A DNA stretch of 64,000 nt, taken from Octopus bimaculoides. Lineage: Eukaryota. The stretch is taken from NCBI RefSeq assembly GCF_001194135.2, contig NC_068982.1, positions 6,307,114-6,371,113 of the forward strand, written 5' to 3'. The notes beneath the pieces are model-generated. The model was not told the origin of the DNA, searched no databases, and saw nothing but the letters and a program-made list of their open reading frames with translations. The translations under genes and the position numbers were made by a program. Positions 12,863 to 26,134 of the stretch are shown here, one piece after another. The first letter of the stretch is position 1; each line of letters begins with the position of its first letter.

Positions 12863-13078
12863 GCCGCCCTATTATCCAGAGTTCTTGTCCGGTACAGGAT
12901 CGATCGCAAAATCTAAACGGTTCCTGCCAGTCACGAGGCCAAACATCCCTGAAAGTTTCATCAGAATCCATCCAGCAGTTCTTGAGATATCATGTCGATG
13001 GACAAACGAACAAACAAACGCGACTGAAAACAATACCTCCACCTTAGTGAAGGCAGAGGTAATAATAATGAAATACCA
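12863..13078 (+). mobile_element. Probable Helitron/Helentron-type non-autonomous element 3' end
   Basis: aagtttcatcagaatccatccagcagttcttgagatatc...acaaacaaacgcgactgaaaacaata followed by a terminal hairpin tacctccaccttagtgaaggcagaggta (13034-13061), restorable to a perfect stem by reverting two CpG-type changes. Resembles HINE/DINE-like ends as I recall them. Confidence 0.55.
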
Positions 13079-15769
13079 GTCTAGTAAGAAGATCGATTAA
13101 ATTAGCGATAGTTTATATGAAGCACCGGTCGCGGCGAGTTTCATAAAACCATAAATGTCACTATTTTTTTCATTTACGTAGGACAAAAAATAATAAATAA
13201 AATAAACACAGAGAAGTAATTTTACATATATTTCATTATACAATGCATTGTTAAGTTCTCGGTTTACAAAATTTGTCTGGCTGTTATGAACAAACACAAT
13301 TACATGTATATGACGGGCCATGAAATTTTCTATCAATTTTGTCAACTGCATTCTGACAAGACTAAACCAACAACACTTCTCGACCTCCGGCAGAAAGTTT
13401 GATATTGATACCATAATAAAAAAAAACTCTTTCCCAATAATGGTTGAATTCTTTTGGTAATCCTTCACTATCACACCTTCTGTCTCTTCAAATGGATACG
13501 TTTCAGTTTTTTTGATTTCTAGACGTCCTCATCTGACTTATGCCTTCCCTCTCTCAAGCAAAGGTAGCACTCATTCAGTTTTTGCTCCCGCTTACTGTCT
13601 TCTTTGGTACACCATTTCTTTCTTTCGCTCCTCCTCCTCCTCCTCCTCCTCCTCCTCNNNNNNNNNNNNNNNNNNNNNNNNNNNNNNNNNNNNNNNNNNN
13701 NNNNNNNNNNNNNNNNNNNNNNNNNNNNNNTCTCTCTCTCTCTCGCTCGCTCGCTATGTCTTTCAGTTTACATACAATTTCCCTTTCTTTTAAAAGCTAT
13801 TAAGGAAAGTATGAGCATCACTACATCCCAGTTCTTTTATTCTTCTTTCCTATCAATTTGAAGGTCCTTTTTTAAGTAAAAATAATTCTAGACATAATGC
13901 AATTTATAAAACATGTAAATTCAATTATACGCTATTGAAAAGGAAAGTTAATTTTTGAATTTTTTTCTCGCAGCGACTTTACAAGTTACAAATATGTTAC
14001 TACGAGAATGGCTACTACCTGACAGTATATTTTTAGAGATAATTATTGATTCACTCTCACGACATATTTGGAGAAAAAGAAATCTGTGAGAAACCATTCC
14101 CCCTGAGTTAGTTCAATATGTATCGATTTTATTCAACTCACTTTGCATTCTCATGCTATCTCACATGAACAAACGCGAAACAAACGCCAAACTAATAATG
14201 AGAATGGCATTATGCTCGACATGTATGCAGTTTAGCTTTGATGAGGTTGAATTACGTCTTGTTGTGAAATTTCTGGAATGATTTATAAATTGTCATAGAA
14301 TTTTTAACTATTTTAAAGTAGTTAAGTCTTATTTATTGTTCACTATTGAATTAATGAAAACATGGTAGGACTGAATTGGCAATAAATAAAAGAACACCTT
14401 TTCAAAAGAATGACAAGCCTTATTGATGTTGCGTGAACACAAAATCTATGTCATGCAAGAAAAACTTTCTGGTTACACGATACATTCTGGTTTCCGATCT
14501 AATTGTATTAAATTATAAAACAGATTGGTTTCATCAAACAGTACTTGCTTATATACATATGCACGTGTACACATGTATGTATGTATGTATGTATGTATGT
14601 ATGTATGTATGTATGTACGTATACGTGCATGTGTGCGTGTCTGTNNNNNNNNNNNNNNNNNNNNNNNNNNNNNNNNNNNNNNNNNNNNNNNNNNNNNNNN
14701 NNNNNNNNNNNNNNNNNNNNNNNNNNNNNNNNNNNNNNNNNNNNNNNNNNNNNNNNNNNNNNNNNNNNNNNNNNNNNNNNNNNNNNNNNNNNNNNNNNNN
14801 NNNNNNNNNNNNNNNNNNNNNNNNATGCAAGAAAAACTTTCTGGTTACACGATACATTCTGGTTTCCGATCTAATTGTATTAAATTATAAAACAGATTGG
14901 TTTCATCAAACAGTACTTGCTTATATACATATGCACGTGTACACATGTATGTATGTATGTATGTATGTATGTATGTATGTATGTATGTACGTATACGTGC
15001 ATGTGTGCGTGTCTGTGTGCGTGTCTGTGTGCGTGTCTGTGTGCATGTTTGCTTTGTGGATGAAAATAATGTGAAAGCGATTTTCACGAGGTTAATCCTT
15101 TTTACACATGCTAGTCTCTACTGATATAATCTTATCCAAATAAGGTATTAACGCTTTACCTGCATTGGTTAAGAAGTTATGAAGAATTTATTTGCTAATA
15201 ACATGCTGTGAGATACCATATTGATGTGAAATTGTAATCCCTTGAGACTTCAATGCTACACTTGAATTAAGCTATCCTATATGGAAAAGTAATCATTGTC
15301 CCACGGGAGACCTACTTTACAATAATCAAAGCTTTTTGTTCACTGTTAATTCTTAGTTTGAGTACAAAAATTATTGATGACACGTGTCAGTCTTCGATAG
15401 ATTTTGCTTGTAGAACTGTCATAGTGAGAAGTAAACTTATCTGCGCTGATTATTACGTCACTGAGCGTTGCAATTGTATGTATGTATGTGTGTATATATA
15501 TACATATCAGACGCAAGTCAAAAATAATAGTCATTACATATAATTCCTTTATCAGAGCAAAATAGGCTTACAGTTGTTTCCCGTAGTCCGACTTGAGAAA
15601 ATTAATGCCAAGTTTGGCAGAGCCATTGCTCAATAATCTAAGTAATATTGTTAGCCTGGTGTGCCAACAGAGAGCTTATGAAGTATTTTGCCCGGATTGA
15701 TAATCGTCACTATTTGTTCTCTCTCTCTTTCTCTCTCCCTCTCATATACATATATATATATATATATAT

Positions 15770-15950
15770 GGGAGAATATACAAAAAATAACAACAGACGA
15801 GGACAGGTGGTGTAAATAACAAAAGTATATATTAGTATGACGCTCGGGAATACGGAAAGTCTTTGACGTTTCGAGCTACGCTCTTCAACAGAAAGAATAC
15901 GGAGACAAGGAGAAAAACACGGAGAAAAAAAATTGAATAGTGTTCAGTCA
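15770..15950 (-). mobile_element. Penelope-like terminal repeat fragment with HHR-like fold at 15860-15896
   Basis: Minus strand: tcttt-CTGTTGA-a-GAGC-gta-GCTC-GAAA-CGTC-aaaga. Confidence 0.65.
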
Positions 15951-15971
15951 ACGGTCAATATATATATACAT

Positions 15972-16014
<43 letters not shown>

Positions 16015-16281
16015 CATACATACATACATACATACATACATAATTTTATAATAAACATTTCAGTACCGGTTTCGGTCATTGAAACCTTTTCAATTGTAAG
16101 TATGGAAAACAAGTTTTGGAAAAATTAAATGAAATGTTTTTTAAAAGAATACTTGCATAGTATTCAAGCACAAGGGGCATTTTACTTGTCTCTGCCTGTC
16201 TCTGTCTCTCTTGTTTACTCGTGGGGTCGAGGTCGTGGTGAATTCTTGGCAGAGAAGAAGAAGAACCTTCTACACACACAG

Positions 16282-16350
<69 letters not shown>

Positions 16351-19339
16351 CACAAATATGATTCAAAATGTCCATTTGAATCAATTATGTCTTCTTGGCT
16401 TACAAAGTTGTTATATCTTATTTGTGCAAATACAATCGTTAAAACTTTCACGTAGACCTTGATTAAGGACACACGTCATTCAAATGGGAAACTCCCATCG
16501 TGAATGCATTAGACCTATTGCATCTCCTGTTAGATTGGTAAAACATTTATTGGCTGCCCTTCATTTATATATCTTATAATTCATTTCCAGCTAATCTGCT
16601 GTAAATTAATGTTTACTGTAAACATATCGATAACAGATTTTCTTAGCACATGGTCAAATAACAGTTGTCATTATGATTGACTTCTTAAACAGTCAGTTTA
16701 CATTAAGGTTCCAGCGTACCTGATACTGTCACAATTTTTATGGCAAAGAGTACCGAAATATATCGTTCTAAATAATTAAGTAATCGTTAATCCGCTATGA
16801 CTCTGTCTATGGTGAGACTAAGATGATACAACACCTAAGAGTTAAATTAGCGTATGATCAGTTATAAGGAACAATACTCCTCTCTAAAAATATATTACCC
16901 CAAAGATAGAGTAGTTCTAGAATGGTATTTGTTGCATATTCACCCGCTGAGGGCCAGATAAAAAGAAGATCCGTTCAAATCAGAATTACGACAGAAACGT
17001 AACAATATGTTTTATATTTTCATAATTTCTAAGTATTTTTACTATTGATGTGACAAAAAAATATAGAATAAGGCGTCTATATATAGGAAAATACATATCT
17101 AATCATATACGGTCAATTATTATTGAACAAAGTTGCTTTTATAAAGATTTTCTGAATGTTCCCCTGTTGCTCAAAGGCTTGGGGATTTCAGTTGGTTAAC
17201 GAGGGGATTTCTATTGCTTAACATTTTTCTATTTGATTAGATATTTTTCATTTCAATTTACAAAAATATTTTCTGAGCAGTTTCTATCTTTATAACTTTT
17301 ATTCAGAACTCACTTTTGGTTTTGCACATCCATATCAAAAATAGCAATTTCGTATATATTTTTGTAACAATAAACTGTTTGTAAACAAAGTTCAGCGAGA
17401 TGCATCTAAAGAAACGAACAATATTACCTAATAAATACAACTGAATTAAGTTTTCCCAAATGATAAAAATATCTGATTTTGATTGCAGATATTAAATACT
17501 GGTCGGAAACAGACTCCAATTTCATATATTGTTTATTTTTGTAAACCAATTATGTGATGAATTCAGACGTCATTCTCTCAATAGATTAGCTTAAAAAAAA
17601 ATCTCTGACAAACGAGCTCTGAAAACGGCATCGAAATAGCAAATTTCTTTAGTGGTTTTAATATATTGATTTCTTTTGATAAGATTTGTCCTTTACTTTT
17701 TATTCTATTAGCTGTCTAGCTTTCTTCTGTTTCCTTCTATATTTTGCTTATTATCGAGATTAAACTATTAAAACGTTTTTTTTTTACATGCAAAATTTTC
17801 TTTTACTTTTGAGTTGGTGCGGTTTTTAAAATGTATTATTATTCATGAGAAACTGTCATAAATGTGTTTCTAAGAACTTTTCCCAGACATTTGATTGGTT
17901 TGTCATTTACGTGGTTAATAATTACATTTCATGACATAGTAATTATATAAAAAAATATGCATAAAATAGAAATAAATCTGTTCTAGACATTTGATATATA
18001 GATACAATTAAATTCTGGACATGAAACGAAGAGTTTGGTGTGATTTCATATTTAACAGTCGTTTAGTAATTTTCTGTTCTGTGTCAAGTTTTCAAGATCG
18101 CAGAATTAAAACAATTTATGCAGAAGTGTCAAAAACTTCAATGTCCATAAAGATTTTAAAACATAACTTCTATAACAATTTACTTTTTTGTACAAGAGTG
18201 CCGAAAATTTTTCCGGATATGGACTCTGTCTATCCTGCATATAATGAATACATTTAACCCATACAGTTTATGCGACTTAGCTGCTTCTGTTCAGCTCTAA
18301 ACGAGCAGTTTTATAAGCAAAGACATTTCGACCCTGGCCGTTCTATCTTCCTTTTACGCGTAGTCATGCGGAACCGCTTTATTCAATCTGGTTTCCCTTT
18401 TACAAAACAGAGTGAACTGTTTGAAGGAGACATGGCTATTATTTGTTGTAGAACGAGCAATTTTGTAGACACCTCGCTTTCACACGATACATATGCAGTG
18501 AAACAGCACGGTTAATGTTTGTAATAGTAAATTCAGAATTAAAAAAAGTATCTGGCAACTATATGTTGCTAGGCTATAAGAATGCTATCCAAAGAATCTG
18601 TTGATCATGTTTCATAAACAAATGCAAAGCTTTATAAATAGATGAGGTAAAAGTAACTGTCAGACAGAGAAAAGCATTATTTTTCATTTCGTCACAAAAC
18701 ATATAAATATTTCATTGATAGGAAATGCAATATTTACATATTCACGTAACAAAACAAATATGTAAATATTGTGAGAAGCATGCTATTACTAAAGCATCCA
18801 GTTAGCACTTCAGACTGATGTGCTTCTAATTCTTTCGAGGAAAGTTAATACACGACTGATCAAAAATATATATAAGAATGTACATTTAGTCTTCAGGAAA
18901 ATTAGACTAAAATAGTTATTCGTTGGTTATCACACCTACATATTCTCATTAGAAACTTTAGATATATTTTCGAGTAAAACTGCATATGCGTTCCTATATA
19001 GAATTAATTACTTTCTTAATTATATATATTTTCCTAATTAAGATACACCGAGTCAATGTATGTGGGCGGGTATTTGAGTGTTTCTGCGAATGTGCGTCTG
19101 TATGAGACTCTTCGTGTGTGTTGAGATCGATTATGTGTTTTAGATCGATTGTGACAGCTAACACTTAACTTGTAATTTTCATTCGTTCATTGAATAAATG
19201 TACTTTTCTTTTGATGGACATTACGATATTTTTTTAGCTTTGTTTAAGAATAGACCTTATTAGTCAACCTATCAAAAATATATTTGACTTCAAACAACTA
19301 AATTGACACATCTGTACATATCCTCACTGACACAGACGC

Positions 19340-19373
19340 ATATATATATATACATACATACATACATATATAT

Positions 19374-19451
<78 letters not shown>

Positions 19452-19487
19452 CATATATATAAGTATATATACATATATATGCATATA

Positions 19488-19518
<31 letters not shown>

Positions 19519-19737
19519 GCATATATATATATACATATATATACCTATATTCATAAATATATATACATATATATATACACACACACACACACCTACGCAA
19601 AGCGAGAGAAAAAGAAAGAGATACATATATACCCACCCACCGCCACACACACATACATATACATACATATATACGTGTGAGTGTGTGTGTGTGTGTGTGT
19701 GAGTGTGTGTGTGTGTGTGTGTGTGTTTGTGTGTGTA
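19340..19737. repeat. Long compound (AT)n/(AC)n/(GT)n microsatellite
   Basis: Directly visible. Confidence 0.95.
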
Positions 19738-20409
19738 AGTTTATTGCATTTTTATTAAAATAGTCTAATAATAATTTAGTAGCTTTGAAGAAATAAACTT
19801 TAAAATGTCTAAAACAACAAAACCAGTGTTAGTCGCAGAAAGTCATGTTTAAAATTTCGTCACATGACATATAAATGTTTTATTGATGGAAAAAAAAAAA
19901 CTGAAATTACACAAAAGGAAAATGGCTGATGTGTTTTAATATTATAGAGTCATTTTGAAATATCAAAGCAAAGCAATAATATGTGTTGATAAAAAGATAA
20001 CACTGATAAGATGTTGAAATATGAAGAATGATATGGTAATCGTATAATATACATAAGATAGTTTAATGTTCCGTGACTTTTCTGACCACATAAGAAAGTA
20101 AAGAGACGAATAGCTTATTGAATAATAATCTGTAAAAATGGTGACAATAAGCTGGAGCGAAGGAAAAGACGATAATTTATGCAGACATCGTCTGTCATTT
20201 ACTCATTTGTATCATTAAATGTTTCCGTAGATATGAATTATTTATATTAAAACGCATTGAAATAAAACTATTGTACCATTCCTTTGGAGCATCTATTTAC
20301 ACTCCAATTAACGTTCTCAAGTTGTCCCCCCACCTCACAAACACACAGACACACTCACACACACGCATTCACTCACTCACTTACACACTTACTCACACAC
20401 ATACACATG

Positions 20410-21290
20410 CACACCATGAGATTACAATCGGCTGAATTAGTGAACCAGAAATTAGGGTTGGTGAAGTCGTAGAAATTCTCTGGCAAACACTTCTGATATT
20501 TTTCGGAAGTGTACCAAGGACTCTAATCCCGTTACCACACATATGACCTTCGAGCAGCATTCTTCTCCATCCACGATTTGATCAATATCTCCAGCAGCTT
20601 CACACAGCCTTCCGAATTGAGCATAACGACCAGTTCAAAGATGTTGGCGGCACGATTTCACCCTCCCTGAAGACACATGCAAAGACCAACGCAGTTTGTT
20701 TTTCATGATGCGTGGGACGTCACATAGATTGGTATGCAAACCACTTGTTGCTCTGGATGCTGTGCAACTGGTCCTGGCAGAAGTTATTTTCATCTGAGAA
20801 GAACCAAATTATCCTTGCATCAACAGGGTGCCTCAGATTCTTCAGAAGTCACATTGCCTCCATCAAGCAGTTCTTCTTATCCTGAGGTTGGTATGCTATA
20901 TTCCTTGTGCCTCTTCTACGAGCGGTAGCGATGGTCCTCATTCAGGACCAACTTCATGGGCCGACTCTTTCATTTCTCCCACCGAGTCTCAGATTCCCTG
21001 GCTCGTATCTTCAATTACCTCGAGCTGCAGTTGCTGGATGAATTCCGGGATGTGAGCACACTCAGAACGCCTGCCGTTTCCCTTCCTGTTTGCCACCACG
21101 GCTCCGTAGACACCATTGCAGCTGTTCATGTCATATTTCACAGCCTTTACAGTGCTCAACGAGCATTGTATAGAAGTCACGCTGTTGGCATTTTGACACC
21201 CGGCCAAAATCATGACACAGATAACTGTTTTCCAATATTCAGATGGCTTCCAGTCTTACATCACAGCCAACATCTTCGCAACTACAATTT
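20410..21290 (-). mobile_element. Decayed Tc1/mariner transposase, DD41D (rosa/Visitor-like) type, nearly whole ORF with stops and frameshifts
   Basis: Minus strand: RRSECAHIPEFIQQLQ, EDHRYRS, IWFFSDENNFCQDQ (first D), DVPRIMK, YVW*RD*SP (second D, QQDSAP), ENFYDFTNPNFWFTNSADCNLM (SPDxNPxD). Family assignment is from recalled motif similarity. Confidence 0.88.
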
Positions 21291-21509
21291 TAATCTTTAA
21301 GCTATGCAAAGTCGTTGACTGTTCACCAATACATCAAACAGTTCCTGATAAAAAGCAGACATATAAAAAAACACTCTGTATGTATATGCTTACGCACACA
21401 TACATACACTCTCCCCCCACACATATATAGACGTAGGTTGTATATACTATATATACTATATATATATAGTATATAATCTATCCCTATGTACTAATCATAT
21501 ATATATATA

Positions 21510-21919
21510 TGATAATAATATTAGGGATAAAAATCAAAATTTACAGGAAAAAACTCAATTTAATTTAATTTATCAAAACTTAAAGTTAAATTAAGTTTCA
21601 CAGTGTATAATATATAAATATATAATTTAGAGGAAAGAACCACAGTTCCTGAACTCATCCATGAAAATCAACAGTCACATATAGAAAAATTTATAAGTAA
21701 AATATATTCATTTCTAGATAGAATGGGGATATCCTTCAAAGATGAATTCCAAAACAGCGGCTCTATTCTACCTGTAAATTCCATAACTAACGAAAATTGA
21801 AAGTTAAATACAAACAATAAACGTTAATTATAAATTGAAATAAAATAATTATGATAAAAGTTTTCTATATGTAACTGTGGATTTTCATGGATGAGTTCAG
21901 GAACTGTGGTTCTTTTCTC
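21510..21919. repeat. Interspersed repeat with ~70 bp inverted arms (21630-21698 vs 21851-21919), running into a gap
   Basis: gaggaaagaaccacagttcctgaactcatccatgaaaatc recurs as its reverse complement about 150 bp downstream. Confidence 0.85.
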
Positions 21920-24111
21920 NNNNNNNNNNNNNNNNNNNNNNNNNNNNNNNNNNNNNNNNNNNNNNNNNNNNNNNNNNNNNNNNNNNNNNNNNNNNNNNNN
22001 NNNNNNNNNNNNNNNNNNNNNNNNNNNNNNNNNNNNNNNNNNNNNNNNNNNNNNNNNNNNNNNNNNNNNNNNNNNNNNNNNNNNNNNNNNNNNNNNNNNN
22101 NNNNNNNNNNNNNNNNNNNNNNNNNNNNNNNNNNNNNNNNNNNNNNNNNNNNNNNNNNNNNNNNNNNNNNNNNNNNNNNNNNNNNNNNNNNNNNNNNNNN
22201 NNNNNNNNNNNNNNNNNNNNNNNNNNNNNNNNNNNNNNNNNNNNNNNNNNNNNNNNNNNNNNNNNNNNNNNNNNNNNNNNNNNNNNNNNNNNNNNNNNNN
22301 NNNNNNNNNNNNNNNNNNNNNNNNNNNNNNNNNNNNNNNNNNNNNNNNNNNNNNNNNNNNNNNNNNNNNNNNNNNNNNNNNNNNNNNNNNNNNNNNNNNN
22401 NNNNNNNNNNNNNNNNNNNNNNNNNNNNNNNNNNNNNNNNNNNNNNNNNNNNNNNNNNNNNNNNNNNNNNNNNNNNNNNNNNNNNNNNNNNNNNNNNNNN
22501 NNNNNNNNNNNNNNNNNNNNNNNNNNNNNNNNNNNNNNNNNNNNATATATGCATGTATGCATGTATGTATGTACACATACATACATTTATTATATTATAT
22601 ATTTATTCACTTTTTCTCCTTTCTAAAAACTAAAAACCTGGTACCGAGATGATTTATATTTCTAGAAAATTTCTATAGTATTTATTTCGTAAATTTATTA
22701 GAACGTTTTTATTTTAGGTCTTACTTAACATATTTAGTGAAAAGTTTATCACTTTAGAATTTGAACTTATGATGTTTAACTTCGTAGCCCAATATAATCA
22801 CCAAGCATCGCACATTACACGGCCATTATATCACTTGAGATCATCAAATTAGTTTTATTTTTGGAACGATTTGTGTTTAACCTCATCAGGTATTGCTTTA
22901 TCGTGATTTTGTTTGTGAAACAATTTCATTTGCTATAATGTTCGTCACTAATGAGATACGAAGATGTATAATCTCTGGGGACCTCCTAATAGATTTTAAC
23001 CTCAGGCTAGAGATTTAAAACAGAAAAAGGAATATCTGGAGATAAAATGGACTGAGTGAATAATTCTGTTTCAGTATTTCACCTTCAATTCACAGCAATC
23101 AAGAACGCATATCGGAACCTCGCACTCCTAAATCAGAATTGATTGTTTTCTGCATTCTGAGTCCTAATTAGCTATTTGCTTCCGACTCATAATCGTTACG
23201 ATCATTTGTGGCTCACTCTTCAGATCTCAAGCAGAGATGAGCCAAAACGTGTCAAAACGTTTCTTACAAAACCTCTATTTGCTATGAATTTTCTCAAAAA
23301 ATATCAATTAATGTAATCTTTCAAACCATTATATTGAATCGACTGATTTTGTGAAATTACAAAACTTTTTGTACAACATTTCAATTTATGATTGATTTGT
23401 TGTTGATTAGGCTAAACTATACCCAGTTGATCATTACCACATCTTAATAAAAAAAAATTACTTGAGATTACAGCTTCATAAAATGATTTGCAACGTCTTT
23501 GAAATATTCTTCATACAAACAATTTTCAATCTAACAAAAGTGTCTTAACTAAGTTAGAATGGATTTTATTACTTATTGCCATCAATAAACTTTCATTTGA
23601 GCGTATACATTCCTCCTTCCTCCGTTGTTAAAGCCTGAGTAGGCTAGAGTAAATTTTGAAGCAATTGTTTAATATAAGTCTTAAATTACATTTATATTTA
23701 TTTCACTTACTATCTGTAAACTTTGCCTTTTACATTAAAATATTCGGATTAAATAATGCAATCGGAACTTTTCTCTAATTCGGCCGCTTAGTACGCTTAT
23801 GTTTTTTTAGATTTGTCAGCATTAAAATAACTAGAGTTTTTATTATTTTTAAATTCATTCGAAGCAAAAGTAAAACGATGGCACGACAAAAGTGACTCTA
23901 GCTTCAGCAGTGAATCTACTAAATTTGATAGCTCCTTCTTCGATTTCGAAGATGAACACTCAGTTGTTCGATTAACTGAAGTACATAATCATTAAAATAG
24001 GTTGTAAGTGACTGAGTATTCCAAAGACATATTTAGCGTTTCCATAATTCTAGGCCGAATCAGCATAAGTTTGAACACAGGTCGAATCTGTGCGACAAGT
24101 ATCAGTGCTAC

Positions 24112-24356
24112 ATTATTTACATTTGACGGATATTTGTCCTCATCTTGTTTGTTGTTAACACAACATTTTGGTTGATATACCCTCCAGCTTTCATCAGGTG
24201 TCTTAGGGAAATTTCGAACCTGGGTTCTCATTCCTAAGGTATTTCTCGATGATGATATTATTATTATTATTATTATTCAGGTCACTGCCTGAAATTGAAC
24301 TTGGAATCTTGGGGTTAGTAGCCCGCGCTCTTAACTACTACGCTATATGCCTGTGG
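24112..24356 (-). mobile_element. SINE-like family D, full head plus tail
   Basis: Head reverse complement ccacaggcatatagcgtagtagttaagagcgcgggctactaaccccaag; HHR at 24157-24202 with G12A and C15.2U changes. Confidence 0.9.
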
Positions 24357-24369
24357 GTAATTATGGAGT

Positions 24370-24571
24370 GAATAATAATAACAATAACATCGAAAAATAC
24401 CTTAGAAATGAGAACTCAGGTTCGAAATTTCTCCGAGACACCTGATGAAAGCTGGAGGGTATATCAGCCGAAACGCTGTGTTAACAACAAACAAGATGAG
24501 GTCAAATATCCATCAAATGTAAATAATGTACATAATTTCTCATCTCTTAAATATAGAACTGAAGTATCAGC
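24370..24571 (+). mobile_element. Family D tail without head, inverted relative to the adjacent copy
   Basis: AAT/AAC tract, then catcgaaaaataccttag...gacacCTGATGAaagctggagggtatatcagccGAAAcgctgtgtt (HHR 24437-24482). Confidence 0.9.
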
Positions 24572-25249
24572 GCTGTTTCCGTCCAAGGATTTTACTCACA
24601 AGGACTGGGGAGACCTGAGGCTAGGGTTTAAAGTTATCGTGCAGTGGGATCGAACGCTACATCTCTTGACTGTGTTTCTAAATTTGTAACCACTGGGCCA
24701 TACCTGCGTCCACTGTACTGAATGCACAATAAAAGAAAAAATAAGAAATAAGAAAAGGACAAGGGTACATTAAAATGTAAATTCATCCCAAAAAGACAGT
24801 GAGAGAGAAGGAGAGAAAGTGAGAAAGAGAAAGAGAAGAAGAGAGAGTGGGAGAGAAGGAGACAAGGGGAAGAGAGAGATACAGAAGAATTCAAAGGAAG
24901 AGGGTAAAGAATGGCACTTTGATCATTTTGCTCTCTAAAAATTTCTGTTCAAGTTTATTTATATTGGAAATGTCTATTTTTTCTTGAGAACTTATTCAAT
25001 AGAATAAGACTGCTCAATCTGCATTCATTCAGAATGCTTCTTTGATCACTGAAAAGAAATCCTTTTGAGAGATAAAAATCATTGCTTGCCATTGCAATTA
25101 GTTACCAGAAAAACCAATTCCATTACTTTAGTGACCTCAACATTAGGAAAACAAGATTTAAAGTTATTGAAAACTCCTGGTCATCTTGATCACTAAAAGC
25201 GATCCAAAATATAACACAATTGCAGAAAATATTTTCTTTATTCCTGTAA

Positions 25250-25410
25250 TTTGATATTACAAGTTCATATCCTGACCTGTAAGGAAGCAGGAAAATTGCA
25301 AGTGGATACACATAGGGTAGAAGGTTAAAGAAAAAGGAAACTTGGCCTATCTGCGTAGGAATTTCCTTGTTGTTCAGACTTCTGGTCAAATAGGTTGCAT
25401 CAGTTCACCC
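25250..25410 (+). mobile_element. Possible very old RTE-type reverse transcriptase fragment
   Basis: Frameshifted HILTCKEAGKLQVD, KEKGNL and GISLLFRLLVK*VASV resemble CWEEGxxPQD...KKG...YRGISLLSxxGK. Confidence 0.4.
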
Positions 25411-25640
25411 CATCATTTTCAGAAGAGTAAATACAATATGCAATATATCTTTTTGTTTCTTAAAACGGTCGGTTGTAGTATGAGGGCATTTTAGCTGCAA
25501 TTTCTAACAGAGCACCATCCTAGAGGCTACTTTTTTGTTTGGTGAAAGTGTGTCTATGTTAAGAAATAACCGTTAACAGGTTATTAATGTGTAAATTGAA
25601 GTGAAAGCGGAGTCCTTTCACATTCTATATCAATTAGGGT

Positions 25641-26003
25641 GGAGGCACAATAGCCCAGTGGTTAGGACAGCAGACTCGCAGTTATAAGATCGCGGTTTTG
25701 ATTCCCAGACTGGGCGAAAACACTTAAAGGCTCCACGAGGCTCCGGCAGGGGGAGGGGAACCCTACTGTATTCTTTCACCACAATTTTCTCTCACTCTTT
25801 CTTCCTGTTTCTGTTGTACCTGTATTTCAAAGGGCTAGCCCTGTCACACTCTGTGTCACGCTGTGTCTCTGTCTCACCGAAAACTACGATAAAGGTACAC
25901 GTATCTGTGAAGTGCTCAGCCACTTGCACGTTAATTTCACGAGCAGGCTGTTCCGTTGATCGGATCACTTGGAACACTCCTCGTCCTAACCGACGGAGTG
26001 CCA
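25641..26003 (+). mobile_element. SINE family C
   Basis: ggaggcacaatagcccagtggttaggacagcagactcg head; shared body and tail ending accgacggagtgcca. Confidence 0.9.
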
Positions 26004-26134
26004 CGATATCAATCGGGAAGAGGAAGAAGAAATGCAGGTTAATTTTTGTAGCGAACGTATTTAACGAGATTAATGAGAATAAGATTTAATTTGCAGTTTT
26101 ATAGGATGTTTTTTAATTTATCTCTTATATTTTA

